A DNA stretch of 39,387 bases from Acidobacteriota bacterium (GTDB lineage: Bacteria; Acidobacteriota; Vicinamibacteria; Vicinamibacterales; 2-12-FULL-66-21): positions 1 through 39,387 of the forward strand of contig JABFWM010000603.1 in NCBI GenBank assembly GCA_013362195.1, read 5' to 3'. Every line of letters begins with the position of its first letter. Position 1 is the first letter of the stretch. Of this stretch, positions 35,243 through 39,387 are shown in pieces. A program made the translations under genes and the position numbers. The notes under the pieces were generated by a model. It was not told where the DNA came from and did not search any database. It saw only the letters and a program-made list of their open reading frames with translations.

Positions 35243-36556
35243 GTGAAGAACTCGCAGAAGATTGCAGGGGCCGAGGGCAAACTCGGGGTGCTGCTCGTCG
35301 GCCTTGGCGCCGTCAGCACGACGACGATCGCGGGCGTGATTGCCGTCCGCCGCGGGCTGTCGAAGCCGATCGGATCGCTCACGCAGATGGGCACGATCCG
35401 CCTCGGCAAACGCACCGAAGGACGTTCGCCCGCGATACACGACTTCGTGCCGCTCGCCTCGCTGGACGACGTGGTGTTTGGCGCGTGGGACATCTTCGAG
35501 GAGAACTCGTACGAAGCGGCGAAGACGGCCGGCGTGCTCGACGCGGATCTGCTCGAGCAGATCCGCCCCGAGCTGGAACGCATCGCGCCGATGCCGGCGG
35601 TGTTCGATCGCAAGTACGTGAAGCGCCTCGACGGCCCCAACGTCAAGCGAGGGAAGACCAAGCGCGATCTCGCCGAGCAGCTGCGCGAAGACATCCGCCG
35701 GTTCAAGAGCGACAACGGCCTCAGCCGGCTCGTGCTGATCTGGGCGGGCAGCACCGAGGTGTACCTGCAGGAATCCGAGGTGCACGCCGACCTCGACGTC
35801 TTCGAGAAGGCGCTCGACGCGAATGACGACTCGATCCCCTCGAGCATGATCTACGCGTATGCGGCGATCAAGGAAGGCATCCCGTACGCGAACGCCGCGC
35901 CGAATCTGAGCGCCGACGTTCCCGCGCTGCTGCAGCTCGCGCAGGAGACGGGATCACCGCTGGCGGGCAAGGATCTCAAGACCGGCCAGACGTGGATGAA
36001 GACGCTGCTCGCGCCCGGCCTGAAGGCGCGGCTGCTCGGCGTCGAAGGGTGGTACTCGACGAACATCCTCGGCAACCGTGACGGCGAAGTGCTCGACGAT
36101 CCCGAGTCGTTCAAGACGAAGGAGGAGAGCAAGAAGTCGGTGCTCGACTACATCCTGCAGCCGAACCTGTATCCCGATCTCTACAAGGACCTGCACCACG
36201 TCGTCCGCATCAACTACTATCCCCCGCGCGGCGACAACAAAGAGGGCTGGGACAACATCGACATCTTCGGCTGGCTCGGCTACAAGATGCAGTTGAAGAT
36301 CAACTTCCTGTGCCGGGACAGTATCCTGGCGGCGCCGATCGTGCTCGACACCGCGCTGTTCCTCGATCTGGCGGGGCGCGCCGGCATGGCGGGGATTCAG
36401 GAATGGCTGTCGTTCTATTTCAAGAGCCCCATGCACGCGGCAAGCGTCTATCCCGAGCACGATCTGTTCATTCAGTTGATGAAACTGAAGAACACGCTGC
36501 GCCACCTGCAGGGTGAAGAGCTGATCACGCACCTCGGCCTGGAGTACTACGACTGA
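35243..36556 (+). CDS. ino1: myo-Inositol-1-phosphate (inositol-3-phosphate) synthase
   Basis: LGVLLVGLGAVSTTTIAG is the N-terminal NAD-binding GxGxxxS pattern. Also present are ...SMIYAYAAIKEGIPYANAAPN...GKDLKTGQT..K..LAP...NILGNRDG and ...LSFYFKSP. The start is either GTG 35243 or GTG 35288. Confidence 0.9.
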   Translation: MKNSQKIAGAEGKLGVLLVGLGAVSTTTIAGVIAVRRGLSKPIGSLTQMGTIRLGKRTEGRSPAIHDFVPLASLDDVVFGAWDIFEENSYEAAKTAGVLDADLLEQIRPELERIAPMPAVFDRKYVKRLDGPNVKRGKTKRDLAEQLREDIRRFKSDNGLSRLVLIWAGSTEVYLQESEVHADLDVFEKALDANDDSIPSSMIYAYAAIKEGIPYANAAPNLSADVPALLQLAQETGSPLAGKDLKTGQTWMKTLLAPGLKARLLGVEGWYSTNILGNRDGEVLDDPESFKTKEESKKSVLDYILQPNLYPDLYKDLHHVVRINYYPPRGDNKEGWDNIDIFGWLGYKMQLKINFLCRDSILAAPIVLDTALFLDLAGRAGMAGIQEWLSFYFKSPMHAASVYPEHDLFIQLMKLKNTLRHLQGEELITHLGLEYYD

Positions 36557-37089
36557 TGACGACCACGCCGCCGAAGCTGCAGCCGGCGCTCCTCGGAGGT
36601 GTGTTCATCGGCGTGCTCTCGGCGCTCCCGCTCGTCAACATCGCGAACTGCTGCTGCCTGTGGGTGATTGGCGGCGGCGTGCTCGCCGCCTATCTGATGC
36701 AGCAGAACGCTCCCTATGCCATGACCGCGGCCGACGGCGCGCTGGTCGGGCTGTTCGCGGGGCTGCTGGGCGGCGTGATCGGCACGCTGGTGTCGATCCC
36801 GATCGATCTGATGATGGGGCCGGTGCAGCAGCGGCTCGTCGAACGCCTGATCCTCTCGAACCCGGACGTGCCGGAAGAAACGCGCGCGATGGTCGAGAGC
36901 ATGGCCGCGCGCGGCGTGTCCGGGATCATGATCGCGTTCCGGCTGGTCTTCGGCGTCGTCGTGGGGGCGATTTTCGGAATGCTCGGCGGCCTGCTGGGCG
37001 TCGCGATGTTCAAGAAGAACCTGCCGCCGCCTCCGCCGCCCGGCGGAATGGACATCCTGCCGCCCGAACCCGGCATCTCTCATCCCTGA
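36556..37089 (+). CDS. Hypothetical small polytopic membrane protein with CCC motif and Pro-rich tail
   Basis: The ATG overlaps the ino1 stop (TGATG). Hydrophobic segments are LLGGVFIGVLSALPLVNIANCCCLWVIGGGVLAAYL, ALVGLFAGLLGGVIGTLVSIPI and GIMIAFRLVFGVVVGAIFGMLGGLLGVAMF. The tail is PPPPPPGGMDILPPEPG. I do not recognise the family. Confidence 0.6.
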   Translation: MTTTPPKLQPALLGGVFIGVLSALPLVNIANCCCLWVIGGGVLAAYLMQQNAPYAMTAADGALVGLFAGLLGGVIGTLVSIPIDLMMGPVQQRLVERLILSNPDVPEETRAMVESMAARGVSGIMIAFRLVFGVVVGAIFGMLGGLLGVAMFKKNLPPPPPPGGMDILPPEPGISHP

Positions 37090-37189
37090 TCCTGATCCGG
37101 CGTCCCTCGTCCTCAGTCGACGGGGGATTGGCGAGGGCCCGCCGCCCTACAGGTTCGGCCGGCCCGTTCCGATACCCGAAGCAGCAGAC

Positions 37190-38497
37190 GTGTGCAATCT
37201 CGCAGGCCTATGCCTCGTGCTGGCAATCGCCGCCCAGCAGCCGCCGTCCGATCTGCCGGTGACGCGGTTGTCGGGCGGCGCGATGCAGGTGCCGGCGCCG
37301 GATCGGCCGCCCGCATCGGGACAGCTGCCGCCGCTCTCGGTCACGCGCATCGATGACACGGCGCGGAGCGCGGATCTCGATGCGCCGCGCCGCCTGTCGA
37401 TCGCGTTTGCCGGGCCCGTGCCGGTCCGCGACGTGCTGCTGCTGCTCGTGCAGGGCACCCCGTTCAGCATCGCGATGGATCCGGATCTGCGCGGCTCGTT
37501 CATCGGCGAGCTGAAACAGCTGACGCTGCGGCAGGCGGTTGAATCCGTGCTGGTCCCGCGCGGGCTCGATTTCGAGATCGACGGCACGGTCATCCGCGTG
37601 TTCCCGCGCCGCACCACGACGCGGCTGTTCGACTTGAACTTTCTCGACATGCGGCGCACGTGGCAGCGCACCGTCGCACTCAGAGCGGGGAGCGATGCCC
37701 TCGACGGGACGACCGAGCTGACGGCCTCGACGGGTCCGTCCGCGGTGCTCGACACGATCGACAGCGGGATCGCCGCGATGCTGTCGGCCGACGGCCGCGT
37801 CCACGTCGATCGCCGCGCCGGCCTCGCGCAGGTCACCGACTACGCCGATCGCCTCGAACGGGTGGCGTTGTACCTCGAAGCCCTGCACCTCCGCGCGGCC
37901 CGCGAAGTGCGCCTGCAGGTGCGCATCCTCGAAGTGTCGCTGGCCGTCGCCGGCGCGATTGACTGGCGTGCCGTCCGTCAGGCGCTCGGCCTTCCGGTCG
38001 ATGCGGCCGAAGCCGGACTCTCCGTCGTCGATCCGGCCGCGCTTCAGCGCGCGCTGGCGGGCCAGGGCGACGTCCGCCTGCTCGCCGCGCCGGACGTGGT
38101 GGCGATGAACAACGAGCCCGCGCTCGTTCGCGCCGGCGCTCCCGATGCGTCGTGGATCTCGCTCACGGTCGTGCCGCAAATCTCGCCGGACGGGTTCGTG
38201 CAGATGAGCGTGTCGCCGGCGTGGTCCGAACGGGCCGGGGCAGAACGCCTCAATGGTGAGACGCGGCCGGTCGTCCGGGTGAGCGAGGCCGACACGGTGC
38301 TGCGCGTCGCGGAAGGCCGCACCGCGGTCATCGCGGGACTGCTGCGGGCCGGAGAGGCGGTGCGGCCCGCGGGCGGCGTCACCGGCTTCTTCGGCGGGCA
38401 AGAGAAACGGCGGGTGCACGCGGAGCTCGTCGTGCTGGTGACGCCGACGATCGTCACCGCGGGTACGCAGGCCAGCCGCAACGGACCGCGGCACTGA
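37190..38497 (+). CDS. Secretin-family outer-membrane channel (MshL/PilQ/GspD-like, short form)
   Basis: The N-terminal domain is VRDVLLLLVQGTPFSIAMDPDLRGSFIGELKQLTLRQAVESVLVPRGLDFEIDGTVIRVFP and an N1-like segment reads VHVDRRAGLAQVTDYADRLERV..YLEAL. The secretin core is VRLQVRILEV...VRLLAAPDVVAMNNEPALVRAG...VLRVAEGRTAVIAGLLR...ELVVLVTPTIV. The GTG 37190 start gives a signal-like CNLAGLCLVLAIAAQQ. Confidence 0.75.
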   Translation: MCNLAGLCLVLAIAAQQPPSDLPVTRLSGGAMQVPAPDRPPASGQLPPLSVTRIDDTARSADLDAPRRLSIAFAGPVPVRDVLLLLVQGTPFSIAMDPDLRGSFIGELKQLTLRQAVESVLVPRGLDFEIDGTVIRVFPRRTTTRLFDLNFLDMRRTWQRTVALRAGSDALDGTTELTASTGPSAVLDTIDSGIAAMLSADGRVHVDRRAGLAQVTDYADRLERVALYLEALHLRAAREVRLQVRILEVSLAVAGAIDWRAVRQALGLPVDAAEAGLSVVDPAALQRALAGQGDVRLLAAPDVVAMNNEPALVRAGAPDASWISLTVVPQISPDGFVQMSVSPAWSERAGAERLNGETRPVVRVSEADTVLRVAEGRTAVIAGLLRAGEAVRPAGGVTGFFGGQEKRRVHAELVVLVTPTIVTAGTQASRNGPRH

Positions 38498-38517
38498 TCG
38501 TGACTGGAGCGGATGCG

Positions 38518-39387
38518 ATGTACGAGGACTACTACGGGTTCGCCGAGAAGCCCTTCAGCCTGACGCCCGATCCCAAGTACCTCTTCAAGAGTACCTCGCA
38601 CGCGAACGCGTTCGAGCTGCTGCAGTACGCGATCCGCCGCCGCGAAGGATTCGTCGTCGTCACCGGCGACATCGGCACCGGCAAGACGACGCTGTGCCGG
38701 GCGATCCTGGAGCAGCTCGATGCCAGGACCTTCACGGCGCTGGTGCTGAATCCCTTCCTGTCGGAAGAAGATCTGCTGCGCATCATCCTCCAGGACTTCG
38801 GCGTCGTGTCGCGCGACGAGATCAAGCGGGGCCGCCTCGCCGGCGTCAGCAAGCAGGAGCTCATCGAGACGCTGAACGAGTTCCTGCTGTCGCTGCAGCC
38901 GCTCGGGGCGAGCGCGCTGCTCATCATCGACGAAGCGCAGAACCTGCCGCTGCAGGTCCTCGAGCAGATCCGCATCCTGTCGAACCTCGAGACCGACAAG
39001 GAGAAGCTGCTGCAGATCGTGCTCGTCGGGCAACCCAACCTGCGCGACGCGCTGCGGCGGGCGGAACTGCGTCAACTCGATCAGCGGGTCTCGATCCGCT
39101 ACGAGTTGAAGCCGCTGACCGCGGAGGAGAGCGGCGCCTACATCATGCATCGCCTGGCGATTGCCGGCGGCAGCGCGGCGGTATCCTTCGCGCCGAGGGC
39201 GCTCGCCCGCGTCCACGGCTACACCGGCGGCATCCCGCGGCTGATCAATCTGCTGTGCGATCGCGCGCTGCTCGCGGGCTATTCCGCGCGAACCAACCGC
39301 CTCCAGCCCGAACATGTGGCGCACGCGGCGGGCTCGCTCGATCTGTCGCTGCCGCGCGCCCGGACGCTCGCCTGGGTGCGCGCCCCT
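38518..39387 (+). CDS. ExeA/GspA/MshM-like AAA ATPase, partial (runs off the window end)
   Basis: Absent from the ORF track because it has no stop. GGAG lies 8 nt upstream of ATG 38518. It reads MYEDYYGFAEKPFSLTPDPKYLFKSTSHANAFELLQYAIRRREGFVVVTGDIGTGKTTLCRAIL (Walker A), LLIIDEAQNL (Walker B) and LQIVLVGQPNL, all typical of the ExeA-like family. It stays in frame to nt 39387. Confidence 0.85.
   Translation, partial: MYEDYYGFAEKPFSLTPDPKYLFKSTSHANAFELLQYAIRRREGFVVVTGDIGTGKTTLCRAILEQLDARTFTALVLNPFLSEEDLLRIILQDFGVVSRDEIKRGRLAGVSKQELIETLNEFLLSLQPLGASALLIIDEAQNLPLQVLEQIRILSNLETDKEKLLQIVLVGQPNLRDALRRAELRQLDQRVSIRYELKPLTAEESGAYIMHRLAIAGGSAAVSFAPRALARVHGYTGGIPRLINLLCDRALLAGYSARTNRLQPEHVAHAAGSLDLSLPRARTLAWVRAP

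Noticed and set aside
1-39387. Search for tRNA, rRNA, CRISPR arrays, transposases, integrases, phage genes, toxin-antitoxin pairs and known defence genes.
   Set aside because: I saw no T-loop/acceptor-like tRNA structure outside coding DNA. I saw no repeat-spacer periodicity of 28-37 nt and no DDE, tyrosine- or serine-recombinase, nuclease or helicase motifs. The composition is uniform apart from short spacers, so the window looks like core chromosome.

Overview
This 39.4 kb window is very GC-rich and gene-dense, and it looks like ordinary chromosome rather than an accessory island. I recognise 32 protein-coding genes, two of them cut by the window edges. I found no rRNA, tRNA, CRISPR array, transposase, integrase, phage gene or known defence gene. 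The gene content suggests an Acidobacteriota-like organism, but that is inference only. The supporting genes are a CarboxypepD_reg-type TonB-dependent receptor, a CarboxypepD_reg repeat protein, a VWA protein with a Pro/Gly-rich tail, a PEGA-domain kinase-like protein and a secreted DinB-like protein.

Confidently recognisable housekeeping genes are a class I/II aminotransferase, malQ, an M20 peptidase, serA, serC, a delta-9-type fatty-acid desaturase, a HisKA/OmpR two-component pair, pcnB, polA, a ZIP metal transporter, an SDR, myo-inositol-1-phosphate synthase, and a secretin plus ExeA/MshM-like ATPase pair.

No clear-cut new system is visible from sequence alone. The candidates I rank highest are:
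- A co-directional envelope cluster (4713-12397). It holds a catalytically dead kinase-PEGA protein, a TPR/TonB_C protein, a secreted DinB-like protein, a RodZ-HTH/TM/PD40-propeller protein and an M23 lipoprotein.
- Several in-phase heptanucleotide tandem-repeat arrays in intergenic leaders (18063-18104, 20233-20281, 29581-29671). They resemble cyanobacterial STRR repeats.
- A desaturase followed by an intramembrane-type histidine kinase and an OmpR-type regulator, with an 11-bp-period direct repeat upstream of the desaturase. This would be a DesK/DesR-like logic built from non-homologous parts.
- A minus-strand operon encoding an HTH-TonB fusion, an FxLYD-like membrane protein and a VWA protein.
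- ino1 translationally coupled to a small Cys-Cys-Cys-motif membrane protein.
- DUF1015 directly upstream of serA-serC.

All family calls rest on motif recognition by eye, because no searches were run. Many start codons are uncertain. In this GC-rich DNA, long antisense ORFs and N-terminal ORF extensions in the track are mostly artefacts.
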